64,000 nucleotides of DNA from Lingula anatina (taxonomy: Eukaryota > Animalia > Brachiopoda), in NCBI GenBank assembly GCA_051362555.1, contig CM120641.1, forward strand, positions 2,604,001 through 2,668,000. Reading direction: 5' to 3'. The first letter of the stretch is position 1, and the number at the start of each line of letters is the position of its first letter. The notes beneath the pieces were generated by a model. The model was not told where the DNA came from and searched no databases. It saw nothing but the letters and a program-made list of their open reading frames with translations. The position numbers and the translations under genes were made by a program. Positions 1 through 21,100 of this stretch are shown piece by piece.

Positions 1-59
1 AATTTTTAACAAACATGAAACAGTACTCTTTCCAGCAATAATTCAGGCTGTTTTTATAC

Positions 60-3000
60 CTTTTTAACCTGCACATAAGCTCTTATATCCATCTCATCTC
101 CCTCATGTCTGACGTCAGGGTTCACCACTTCAGCAACTTTCGTGGCTTTTGTCATGATCAAATCTGTCCATCCCATTGACAAACCTTCCTGGGTCAGCAA
201 CTGCTTGGTAAGGTTGGTCATGTGTTCTTTGTGAGCTTTACTATAATGAATGAAAACAATTAAATGTATATGCAGTAGTTCCATTAACAATATGTAATAA
301 GGAAAATGGCCGGCAGACGTTTTTGAGAAGAAAAATGGATTGTCATACTAATGGCAGACTAAACACACTTGGTTTCAGTCATAAATTGAAAAACCAGTCT
401 GTAAAACATAAAAAGAGACTATAAAGAGTCAAAAAAGCTGTCTGTCACATACATCATTCTTTGGTAAGCTAAAGAGGCTGTGGAATTGTCACTGCTGTCT
501 ATGGTATCATCTGAATGCCAGCTTCTCTGCAGTGACTCTATGCTGTCCATCTTTGTATTGCTGGCACTTACAATGAGAGCACCTGAAAAAATGATGGATT
601 GTTTTAGAATTAAAATAATCTTTTTCTGGTATAGTGTTACAGTTTATTCTGCAGTTTCACATAAATTAATATATGTATAGATTTAAAAGTAAATCATGTA
701 TGCAAAAATATATAAAGATAACATGATACTGGAGAGAAAATAATCTGTTTATTTTTGTCGTTTTATAACACGCATGCACACACAAGCACACTATTTAATA
801 AATGTCATATATGGTAAAAACACTAACCTCTAATAAATTCCTCAAAAGCACCAGTGTTTTCCATATCAGTCTCTGCAAAAGACTCACTGTCCATAATTTT
901 TCCACCTGATGTAGAAATTATAAAGTAAGTTACACAGACTGCTATTCACAGACAATTACAACATTTTGAAATTTCAATTGTGTCTGTCTGATGTTGACAT
1001 GTTTTCAGGGTACTGAGAAAAAACACTGAACCCTATAGCAGGAAAAAATAAAGTATAGGATCTTTGGAAAGCTATCCCTCCATGAAAGGATTTTTTTAAC
1101 ATAGTGAGAAATCTATATTTCACATTAGGCCCATAGCCAACAAGTTCAAAGGGGTGGGTTTTTTTTTCTGAAAAAGTGGACCCTTTAAGAACTTTAACAT
1201 GAAACCGCCGTATACCTAGATCAGATTTTACCCAGAACAGACCTTTTCTTGACATAAAAGGCAGTTTGTACGAACCCCCTGAACCCCCCTGGCTATGGGC
1301 CTACACATGGAAACCAAAAAATGAACAAAATAGCTTTTATCATGTAATGAATATAGACCTTTATCTGGTTTCTGCAGCTTTTTTCTTTTAGGAGACTCAT
1401 CCCCCCCTTTTCCATCTTTGCTGACATAAAACACAGAGGGAGGGTGAGTAGATGGCTTGATGTCTTGCTCTTCTGAGAGTGACACTGAAATAAATAAATA
1501 AATCAGTGCATAAAATATAATCAGTCATCCAAAAATATTTCTCTGAATGTTTTTCTTAAGTTCTGTAGAACTACAGTCCATTGCACAACCATATGTATTA
1601 ATCATGTTTTACTTTTATATTGCTTTCAAAGACACAAAAAGAACATGAAAAATTTTACCAGCCCTTGACCCTCTGGTGACCACTGAATAACTGAAACTAT
1701 ACAAGTACCCTAGCTTGCAAAATAATCTTACATGAATCACTGTCTTGCTGTTGGATCTCACTCAGCCAAGATGGCTCCAGATTCACCTCCTGAGCAGCTG
1801 TATCTTTAGACAGATCTTCATCTGGGCTTTCTCTTGCTGCAGCCTTAAAGGAAAATAAACAAGTTATTCCTCATACAAACTGATTGCACCAATTAATTGA
1901 CATCAGACTCAGTTCTGCACAATTTATGTTATAGATGACTTATGTTTTCACCCCTGTTTGTCTGTCATCAACATAACTCAAAAAGTTATGGACTGATTTT
2001 GATGAAATTTTCAGGAAATGTCAGAAGTGGGCCAAGGAAGAGATGATTAGTTTTTGGTGGTGATCTGGATCAATAATCAATCAATAATCAATAATAATCA
2101 AAAATCGCTGCCTTGGCGGAGGTCTGTGCTCTTGGAGTGCTTTTCTAGTTATTTTTTGCATGTATAAAAATGTGTAATAATTACTTTTACAGTACACTGC
2201 AAAAAGATTATAAATTAAGATCTTATAATAAAGCAATACCCTTCTCACACTGGTACACGTGCCGTGTGGTACACTTTACTATTTCGCATCATTTTCACTG
2301 GTCTTAACATTTTGTTTTTCACCACAGGGAGCTTACTCCATTTCACAAGTTCTCCAGTTTCCAACTGTTGAGACCAATCAAAATTTTTCCAGGGATTCCA
2401 TTTAGATCCCTCTAGCCACATAAACTATAAAGTTGTCAATCTCTACAAGCACAATAGTAATAGTTGCGTGTATGTGCACATAACTCTACAGTACAATATG
2501 TAGTGAACAACTCACCTCTCCTGGTCTGTACAGGACATACTCATCTCTGAAGATCTGCTGGTTTAAAGTAACACACTCCAACCACCTGGCATCCACCAGA
2601 GCTTGCCCTATCACCACGGCCTGCATTCTGGAAAGACCAGAGGGATCACAAAAATATGAATTAGAAAGACATATAGCAAAGATGAAATCTGGAGTAAAAC
2701 AGAGGTTCCACTATATGATACAGATTTATAGCCCAAAATGCATAGATACATAATCCAAAATCTGAGAGTGAAAACCAAGGTTCAGAGGGGAGTAGGACAT
2801 TTCTATACAATGCACTGCCAGGCAAATTTTTTCCTTAATTGGGTCATTAACAAACCAAGGTCATTTTTTTTCACTTTGATAAGCATGTAAGCTAAGGATA
2901 CAAAATTCAATTTTAACCAATTAACAAACAGTTATATTCGTACATGCAGATACTTAAGGAAGGAGCACAAAAATACAGGCAGTGCATGATGGATGGGCAC

Positions 3001-6000
3001 TCATACATATGACCAAAAATATGTGATTACTCACCTGTTGCCAGCTTTATCAGCTTTGATCAGGTAGTCCACTAAAGAATTCCCTAAGATACAGTTTGGG
3101 TAAGTTCTAAGGCGATATCTATGGCTCTGAAACTCGATTCCCTCTGTTGGATGTTTTATTAATTGCCAAATGTTTTTGAGCTGCACAGAGTCCTAGAAAA
3201 AGGTTTTCATATATCAAATTTAAAGTACGTGTCAAGAATAAACATGTACTAACTGGCATTTGACTAACATTGACATTTGGATATTGTGCATGGGAATTAA
3301 CATTTTCAGTGATATCTTTTTTTTTCAATATTCAAAGGCAAAATTCCTTTTTCTAACAAAAAATGTCCTTTTTTTGTAATATACACAAAACACTATTCCC
3401 TGAAGGCATTATCTAAAACCAAGAATGGTTTTCAAATTCTTCTTGAAATTGAGAGTCTGCCATTATTTTTTCTTTTAGGCAAGAATGTCTAGAAACCCTA
3501 GCAATTCACACAGAACAAACTGATGACCATCTACAGTGAAAAGTTTCTGGGTGGTGTATTTGTTTTACCTCAATTAGTAACCTTCTTTCATCTTCTGCTA
3601 TCAGCTGCTGGGAGGCCAACTCAGTCTGAGGAGTCAGATCAAACATGTTGGAAGAAAACTTTTGTCCATAACTATCCAGGTCTGTTGCACTGGCTGACCT
3701 GAAAAGGATTCAAAAGTTTTCATCAACAGACTTGCAAAAATGTTTGAAATTAAATGAGTGTTATTTACAAAATCTTCCATCAACCTTTCATTGACATAAG
3801 TAAATAAACCCATAAGTTCCTCACCTGTTCCAGTTACTATCTTCATCTCCATTTATTTCCTTCCTCCTTGGTATGGGGGTCCAACGACCAAATCCATGGA
3901 GCACTACTTTCAAGCTGCTTTCCTTGCCCTCCTTTGCCAGGGTCTTCAGATCTTCTTGAAGGGGTTCTGATATCTCTCCAGATGGATTTTGCTGAGCATA
4001 ACTCAGTACCACATTGCAACAGTAGGAACAAACCCTCAAGTCACCTACAAGAGTAACATAAAATACATATTATTAACTGATTTAAGAGCAACTGTCTCAA
4101 AGCTGGATTCGGGAGAGGATAGGAGGTGATTCCCTGCCCCCTCCCTCCCCCAGCTCTACAAAAATTATTTCTACAGATAGTCCCAGAAGAGTGAGATGGA
4201 AGATTTTTTGTATTTCTGCAATCAGCCGACCCATAGCACCCTTTACTAGTACATGACCTGTATTGAAATGTTGGATCCCTCTGTGTCTTGACACATGAAC
4301 TGTGGATTAATCTGCACTACTTATTTACCTGTGCTGTTGAAAGTATAGCTTTAACTTGCAAATATAAAATATTTTTGTTTTAATATAATATTTCCTTGCA
4401 AATTTCATAATATTGCAAATATTTTTCTTTTGACTGAAACTATTTTTCTTTTTCTCGGTATTTGGACAAATGCATTTATTCATGCATATCACCATTTCAT
4501 AAACCAATTTAAAGTAGGCATCACTTTTATTAATGATATAAATTTTCAAATCTGACCAAAACCACTGAATGCAAAGTAACTACCCACCTGTGTAACCCAT
4601 CACCCTCCCTGGCACCTCCTGATTGCAGCAGCGACTACAGAACACCTGTCCACAGACACGACAATGATGTCTCCGTCTGAAAGTGGTGAATTTATCTCCG
4701 CACTCGTAACATTCCTTACAATCTTTGTCTGGCATCCAGTACTGCTTGAACTCCATGTCTTTGTAGATCTGAGGGGAACAGACAAACAATAAGATATCAA
4801 TGAATTATTTGTTTCATACTGAATAACAAACCAAAAAAATAAAAATAAAAAAGCAAAAGATGCAGCTTCAGCTGACTTATATCTCTATCTATCTTGAAAT
4901 CTTTTATCATTGTTTCAATTGTTGAATATACACCAGCAAAAATATGATTAAGAGATGATCATAAATGCAAGTTCCCAATGGAAATTTAGACTGACGTGCC
5001 TTTACATCAACTAAAAACAGTTCACTTATCAAAAGCACCATCAAGTAGGTAAACATAAAAGAACCAAATAGAAATTATCTACTCTTGAGTTATCTTATCA
5101 ATAGGCACTCAAACTGCCATTAACCCAATGTGTGTATCACCTGTGACTGTGTATTCATTGCCAAGATGCTGCTTAGTCTATTTAAAACTCCTGTGAGTGT
5201 CCTTTTGGGCATTATAAACTGCCCACTTCTGTTCATCACGCTGCCATCTGAAACACTGCTTCCAATACTTGCATTATCTGAAAATACACTGAGCCAAATC
5301 AAATTAAATGGTATAGGTTATTGTGTGTTTTCTTCAGAAACCAAATACAAGTAAAATGATTTTTAATTCATTACATTTCACTCAACACAAGAGAGATAAT
5401 AAGGATTTTAAAACACTTTCAATATGTAATGTTAATTCACAGAAAAAAAGGAGCATCAGCAGAATTCTGAAGTTAATAATAATAACAATGAAAATGATTC
5501 CTGTCTAATGTGATATGTTTTAGCACATACCTACCAGTAATAAAAAAATTTACACTCGAAAGAAAGAAGTTAGAATATAGACCACAAAGAAAAACAGAGT
5601 GAACTAAAAAACAGAAAAGCCAAATGAGGAAAAAATATAACATTCAAGTCTATAAACTACCATACTGGTGCAGGGTATGAAACAAAATAACTTGCTAACC
5701 ATCTGCATTCTGTATACAACTGCTGCCACCTTCTGGTAAAGGTAAATCAATGGGAGGAATTATCACCCTCTGACCCTCACTACCACTGCCCTGACCACCC
5801 TGCACTGAGCTACCATTGGTCTTTTTCTCTCCAACATCTTCCTTGTTTGCTGCTCTTCCAGGAACTTTAGACCCTAAAATGGGATTGCAGGTTTACATTA
5901 ATATGTAAATGTGTTGAAATTACACATGACCTCTTACTTATATATAAACCTTTTTTACATGTTGCTCTAAGAAGAGTACCATTATTCTTTAGAAATAAGA

Positions 6001-6311
6001 TGTTGTTTACATAAAGTAACTGTGACAAGAAACATTTTGACAGTCATATTTAATCAAAATTTGAAAAATCAAACCAAATTAATATTTATGTCTTCAGTTG
6101 GTCTACATGGTTAATGAACGGGACACTTACATTTTCACATCTATTTATTACTTCAATCATAATTAACCATGATTAATAAATAATTTATGTAACCTTTCAC
6201 TCTCTTCCATTTAGAAGACACCCACGACAGTAAACCTCCACTCTTATCTTCTTTTGAGTCCAAAGCACCAAACTCTGTCAGGGTATGGCAGTCTTTAGGG
6301 TTGGGCTCCAT
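60..6311 (-). CDS. PIKFYVE: PIKfyve / FAB1 phosphatidylinositol-3-phosphate 5-kinase, 5' portion (about 13 coding exons; gene continues past the left edge)
   Basis: ATG at 6311 gives MEPNPKDCHTLTEFGAL (exon 6194-6311). Exons near 4588-4768 and 3826-4044 encode a FYVE domain (KQYWMPDKDCKECYECGDKFTTFRRRHHCRVCGQVFCSRCC...LRVCSYC). Exons near 3035-3192 and 2516-2627 encode a DEP domain ([27 protein letters not shown]...AVVIGQALVDARWL). The exon near 60-238 encodes the start of the CCT/Cpn60-like region (VNPDVRHEGDEMDIRAYVQVKK). The order FYVE-DEP-CCT is diagnostic of PIKfyve. Confidence 0.97.
1126..1303. mobile_element. Non-autonomous DNA transposon (MITE) with 14-bp TIRs and 5-bp flanking duplication
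   Basis: taggcccatagcca (1126-1139) and tggctatgggccta (1290-1303) are exact inverted repeats. CACAT lies on both sides (1121-1125 and 1304-1308). Confidence 0.75.
1940..2150 (+). mobile_element. Helentron-associated (HINE/DINE-1-like) element, 5'-truncated copy
   Basis: Highly similar to 43120-43348. It has the ccttggcggaggt motif, the small 3' hairpin gtgctcttggagtgc and the ttttctagtt end. Confidence 0.75.
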
Positions 6312-6779
6312 TTCTAAAACTGACATCAAACACTGTAGTTATTTTTGACTTAAGACAGGCGTAGCAGCATTTTGTAACGTAGAGAAAAATAGGTGGTACG
6401 TTGTAGTAAAAAAGAACAATAAATGTCGACCGTCTGTAAAATATATCTGGATTTTGTGACTTTCATAACAATGACTGTAGTCAGCAGACTTTTGCATTCT
6501 GGCTTTAGTTCTTAGCAAATACATATGTAACATGAGTCTATAAAAAAACGGGTTAAATAGTTCATAAATAATTCACAAAAATATTTTTTTATATTTTTCT
6601 TCTTTCAAAGTTTCAATTAATTTGGCATAAATAAACTTACCAATAATGAATCTCGGTGCTTCTACTCAGGTGACATATCAAATTATAGGGGAGAATCGAG
6701 TTGATGCGATGGTCATTTTCAGTCTGTCTCCAGAGGATCTTCACTACCGCCCAATCACGGAAGGTACATTTACTTCGAG

Positions 6780-7400
6780 GCCTCACTATCCAAAATTTTG
6801 TCCGGCCGCCGCCATTTTTAAATCATGTGACCGGTGAGTTAAATTAATTTATAATGTTAGTTGTGTATTCAATTTTCACTATATCTCTCTTAATTTAAAA
6901 TGATAAAATTTATCTTTTTACCTTTAAAATAATAAGTAAAAAATAATTTTTGGTATAATAAATGTAGATTCTCTTCAGTTTAATATATAGTTGACTTCCT
7001 TTCTAATAAAAACTAAGATAGTTAGCAAGAAGCGTCTTTACTCTAAACCAAAACAAACCTTTGCAAGTCATGCGAGAATTGGTACGGGAGCGACGCTAGT
7101 AAGTTAATGAGTAAGAATGTATTTATTATATGTTAGGCATCACCCTTAATACAGCGTTGAGCACTTGGAATTATTCGGACGTGTAAAGAAATGGAATATT
7201 AACAGTAACATGCTGTTGAATTATGATCGACGCCGTCTTTTATTTTAGCAACATCATTTGCACCATGCCTCAGATTTCGGCCTAGCTTGTAAATGGTTGG
7301 TAATATGTTTGGCTTAAATTTTAACTTGTTACGAATGCCAGTAAATAGACTAGTACTAGTAGTATGGTTGTCTGAAGAAACTTTTAATTCCTATAGGTTG
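6780..7400. promoter_or_regulatory. Probable bidirectional promoter and 5' UTR exons of PIKfyve (-) and NUB1 (+)
   Basis: The two start codons are divergent and about 1.1 kb apart. The region is locally CpG-rich. It has a YY1-type AAAATGGCGGC on the minus strand (6808-6818), TCATGTGA (6823-6830), a minus-strand donor gtgagg (6781-6786) and a plus-strand acceptor cctatag just before the NUB1 ATG. Confidence 0.6.
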
Positions 7401-7408
7401 GATACAAG

Positions 7409-16196
<8,788 letters not shown>

Positions 16197-18186
16197 TGGG
16201 ATGGGGACAAAACTGGACACTTGCAGAAGCTTTCCTGAAAAGCCTTGTAGGATTTTCACAAGTATTTGAAAACTTATTTTTGTTAAAAATCTATGCAAAT
16301 TTTTTCTTTGAATTTTCTACCATTTGATTAGACTGCATTTAAAAAAGTAATTTGAAATATTAGGGTTTGTAGAAGAGCTTGTCACATATTTTCAACTCAC
16401 CTGGCAATTTTTTATTTATAAATTTTATAAACAGACATACCCCATGTATGTCTGTTTATACTCTGATCACTTTGTATGTCTGCAATTGCTCTTGGATACA
16501 TGTTGTTTAAACTACAACTGGTAAACACTATTTTTGTTTTGCTTTTAATTTTTGGGTGGATTTGTTTGGTTAAAAGGCAGGTTCCTTTAAAATCATAATG
16601 ATTTGATTATTTTTACAATTAAAGTTTTTTTTCCTGTTTAGTGTCTGTATCTTTGCAAGCTTTGCTGTTTAATCATACTTTATATCTTCAATGTTTGATA
16701 ATTTGAATACTGAGATGATAGAAACATATGAAGATAATTCATATATTTTCATCAGGTTTTTCTTGTGTATGAACATGTCAATTAATAGGCAATAATATTT
16801 TTAATTGTTAACTGATTGTTAGTTAAGATGTTACCTGAAAGTAATAACAATAAAGTTATTTTAAAAATCAGATTAAGCAGCTAGTGTTGTTCTGATACCA
16901 AAAGGGAATGTAAAAATTGAAACAATTTTCTACATAATTACCATTAGGGTAAATTCTGATAGAAAAAGAGATATACCTCACAACTTTTATCCCAGACAAA
17001 AAACTTCTATTTAAAAAACATGACCTTGATTGCCTTTTTACCAAGGAGAACAGCATCACTAATGTGTGACTGTAATACACTCATAGGACACCTTCCTCGG
17101 CCCAGGAAGAGTAGATACATTTCTGTACGTCTTGAAAAAATCACTGTGCAAGGCAATTTGGTTTGTTTATGATAGGACTGAATTTGCACAGTACTTTTTT
17201 ATGTCATCCATTACAGATGGCAAGAAACGACACTGCTTTATGAGGCAAACAGTCTTGATTCAATACCATAACATTATGTTTTTGTGGAAGATGTCAATAG
17301 AACAACTGATACTCTATGTGAGTTAGACCTTCTGTAATATCTTTATTATTATTGCTGATAACCACTTACTATAACTAAGAAATACTAGCCAAAATACATA
17401 CTTTGCTAATGGTGAAAGTACAGTTCTCGAAATGAAGTTGTAACTTGTATAGAGAAGACAATTCTTCCTGTTTTACACAAAGTTTGGTCGATTTAAATAT
17501 TATATAGAAATAAAAAAGACAAAATTAGGATATATACGCATATGCCTTACTAGATGGACTATATGACAGATTACCATTCATGTTTTATAGTGTTACAACA
17601 TAGCTTTTCTTTATAAGCCATAAAGAAGTCCCTTTGATTATTATTAAAATGTTTATGGTCATCAAATCTCAAGTATTGATATGATACCAGTGTATGGTGT
17701 CTGACAGCTAAATTGCACATTTTAATATTCCTTGCTGTAGTTCTCTTAAAAGAAATGTGAGATTCATAGTTCATCACGTACAGATAATCTTACTTTCAAG
17801 TCACATTTAATTTTATAATAATAAGAATAACACACAGGTCATATTTATAAACTCAACCAAGAAATATTTTGAGTATCTAAGCCTACTCTTTGATCCTACC
17901 TATGGTGCAAACAGTAGAGATGAAAATGCATGCATTTTGAAATGCTTCTAAATATTTAATTTTTAGGAACCTTGAAATATTTAGAAGATTTTTGTAATTC
18001 TCACATGCAAACAACATTGACAAAGTGATGTCAGATAAACTAAATCAGTGATATAATGCAAAATATATATATATATTAGGATATATTTACAGATTAAGAC
18101 ATGAATAAATAATATGTCACAACACAATATATTAATGCTTTTTACCTATAAAAATTAATTATCATATCTACATGTATGGGTTTTAA

Positions 18187-21100
18187 TTAGTGGTACTGCA
18201 TGAAGTAACTATTTGTAAATTCTTGGTTGACAACCTTAGGAAACAGATTCTTCAGTTTCATAGGATCTGAAGACCCATCATAATTATTATACCTCATTAA
18301 ATTAGGATAAACATGTTTGTGACAGTCAGATGTTGCTGACACTGTGTTCATTTCTGGAAAATAATGGAGCTCATTACAATAATCAACTTTTCCTTCATCA
18401 AATTTTGGGACAAAATTGGGATCTTCTGTCAGAAAAGTTTGTTTTCCATCCCAATCTTTGGTTGAGTTGTAGAACTGTGAGGCTTTCCTTGAATCGTAAA
18501 GCATGTGTCCTTGATAAGATGTCCTTTGTTTTACAGTACGACTGTCATCAGCATTCTTACAATGACTTCCAAATGGGATGTTTCTGTTCTCTCTAAAAGA
18601 GTTACTTGTGTGTTTCAATTTTTCGTGTAAAGTTTGGCACGCATATGAATCACATTGTGGAAGATTTTGTTGAACCACTCCTGTATTTGAATAAGAAACT
18701 TGCATTTGTTTAGCCGAGGGAATAACAGCGGGGTTGGCTGAAGAGCCCTTCATAAGGTCAGGACTTGCCGCTCCATTGCCTGATGGCCCCATGTTGTAAT
18801 TGCTTCCATTTTCTTGATTTTGCCTCAATGTTGATGGCATTTGGTGATTTTGTGCACCATCAGAGCTGCAGGATGGTCCCTGAATGAAACGGTTGGTTTC
18901 ATTAAAGACTATAGGTAGAGGAGTAGAGAGGGCATTGCACAAAAGAGGCATTCTCTTGATGATCAATCTTTTTTTAACAGAGTCTGAATTTTGGCCTTCC
19001 TCACTCATAACTTCAGTGAAATTATCCTGATTATTCTTGAGAACGTTTGATCGTGGTAATGCTGTGCTTGGATACATTTTATCCCTTTGTTCCCAAAGAT
19101 TTGTTTCACTGTTTGTTGCATCTTGACTTTGCCATTGCTGGTGCTGCCCACTACTGGCTGTCAACTCTCCATTCAACTTTTGAAGTAGTTTTGTTGTCAG
19201 TTTTTTTCTCAAGTCACTGCCCTGAGACACTGCTGATCCAAACTTTTTTCCATGGAAATTGGATGGAAGACCTTGGTCATTATCCCTGTTAATTAGATTT
19301 TGTTGTCTTTCATCACTTTGTAATGTCCTTCGGTCTTGAAATGGATTACCACCAGTCGAAAGAAAACCTGTGCTCACTGATTCTTCCAATTCCACCAGAA
19401 AGCCACCATTGTTCTTCTTTCCATACATACAAGGAGATGGTTTTATATCTGAGGCTTGTGTAGTATTTTGTTGGTTTTGTTCATTCTTGTGAACAATCTC
19501 TGGTATGGCAGCTCTATTAGGGAAAACAAAATAAAGATTTTACTTTTGATCAAACTGTTCCAAAAAAGTAGAAATGTAACATTTAGTTTCATGCTTCAAT
19601 TTTATAAGAAAATATTTCTAAACAATGTAAAATGGAGATTAGAGAAAATTATTTGATGACCTTTGAAGATGTGGTGTCAAGGGAAATTTTAGGATAGCGC
19701 ATGGAATTGTAATATTATAATGGTATGTTTTAATATTAAAATATTTTAATATATAATAAAGATATTTTGAAGAACCATTTAAAAGTAGGAGACTTCACTA
19801 AGGAGAAGGGTCAAAATTATGTATTATTGCATGCCAATAATCATCAAGGAGAAAATTATATTTTATTCATTATAAGCAGCCATGTGTTTCTCTGTACTCA
19901 TTCCCTTTTTGCACCAATCAATATTTTCAAAATATACGTCCATACACAAGTAATTACCTGTCATCTTTCATTTCAATATCTCTACTCTGTTCTGGTAGCG
20001 GTTCACTCACACTAGTGGCTTGGTGTTGACCTTGAAGGTGCTGGTAATCTGTGTCTGCAAGTATAAAAACATGTGGCTTAGGGACCATTCCCAGACCCTA
20101 TTGTACTAACTGTGGATCGATCTATCTCCAAACGGATTTTTGCTAAAGAGCAGTCAACTGAAGTGGCTTAGATGTCTGTCGTGCATACTGAAGCTCTGCT
20201 AAGGGGAATTAATTATGGTTTAGCAGCTTTAGTAGGCATGCCAGACATCTAAGCCGCTTAAACTAAAAGCAATTTAGCAACAAACCCTTGGAGATGGGTC
20301 GATCCTGTTAGGTCAATCTTGATATGGAAATCCAGTCTTATTCAAGGTGCAGGTGCACTGTTGAACTGGATGAGAGCAGTTGTCAGATATCATCAGACAT
20401 ACTCCAGACATGCTGAGTACACTAGTGTCACAGTTGGTGCAAATCACTGTACTCAAGCTCTTAATTTTGCTTTTTCACATGAATCACCTACCGGTATTAG
20501 TGCTAGAGTACTAGTAAATGTAAAAATACTTAAAGACCCCTTTATTTTGGCACACACGTTGCCATTTAACTGTAGGCCAGATCTGAGCCAGTTCATTCCT
20601 TGTTATAAATCATCAAAATAAGTGTTCCGAGAGCTCTGAGTTTGTCATTTATATTTATTTAAGTCTTTGCTGTGCATTTCTGATTCAGTTTCACACTGTG
20701 GGCATGATCATAAATTAAACCATAAAACTGTCATGTACGTACATATAAAGAACAAGCCAGCATTTCATTGTTTTCCCCTATTTCATCTCTTAGTATATGA
20801 TGATGAATGAAGTATACGGGTCACATAATGGTTGTGAATGAACAAATACGTAATAAAAACAAAAGCACACAGGTGCAGTTAAATCAGTGTACCTGAAAGG
20901 GGGGGTTTACTTGGTACTGTGCTAACTCAACTGTGGTTATGAGATAACTAGGATTTATTACCATATGAAGTCAGTCTTATCATATAGTTATCCCTACCAC
21001 CCTACTATAATGAGTTCATTTGCACCAAGCAGAGGTTTTGGTTATAATTACTGTTATCTGTTCACAGTCAGACGAAATAGCTTGTACAGTACTAAATTAG

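Noticed and set aside
18187-19428. The 413-aa ORF as an independent single-exon gene
   Set aside because: The frame stays open up to an acceptor at 19513 whose phase matches the upstream E75 exons; it is better explained as the E75 last exon.
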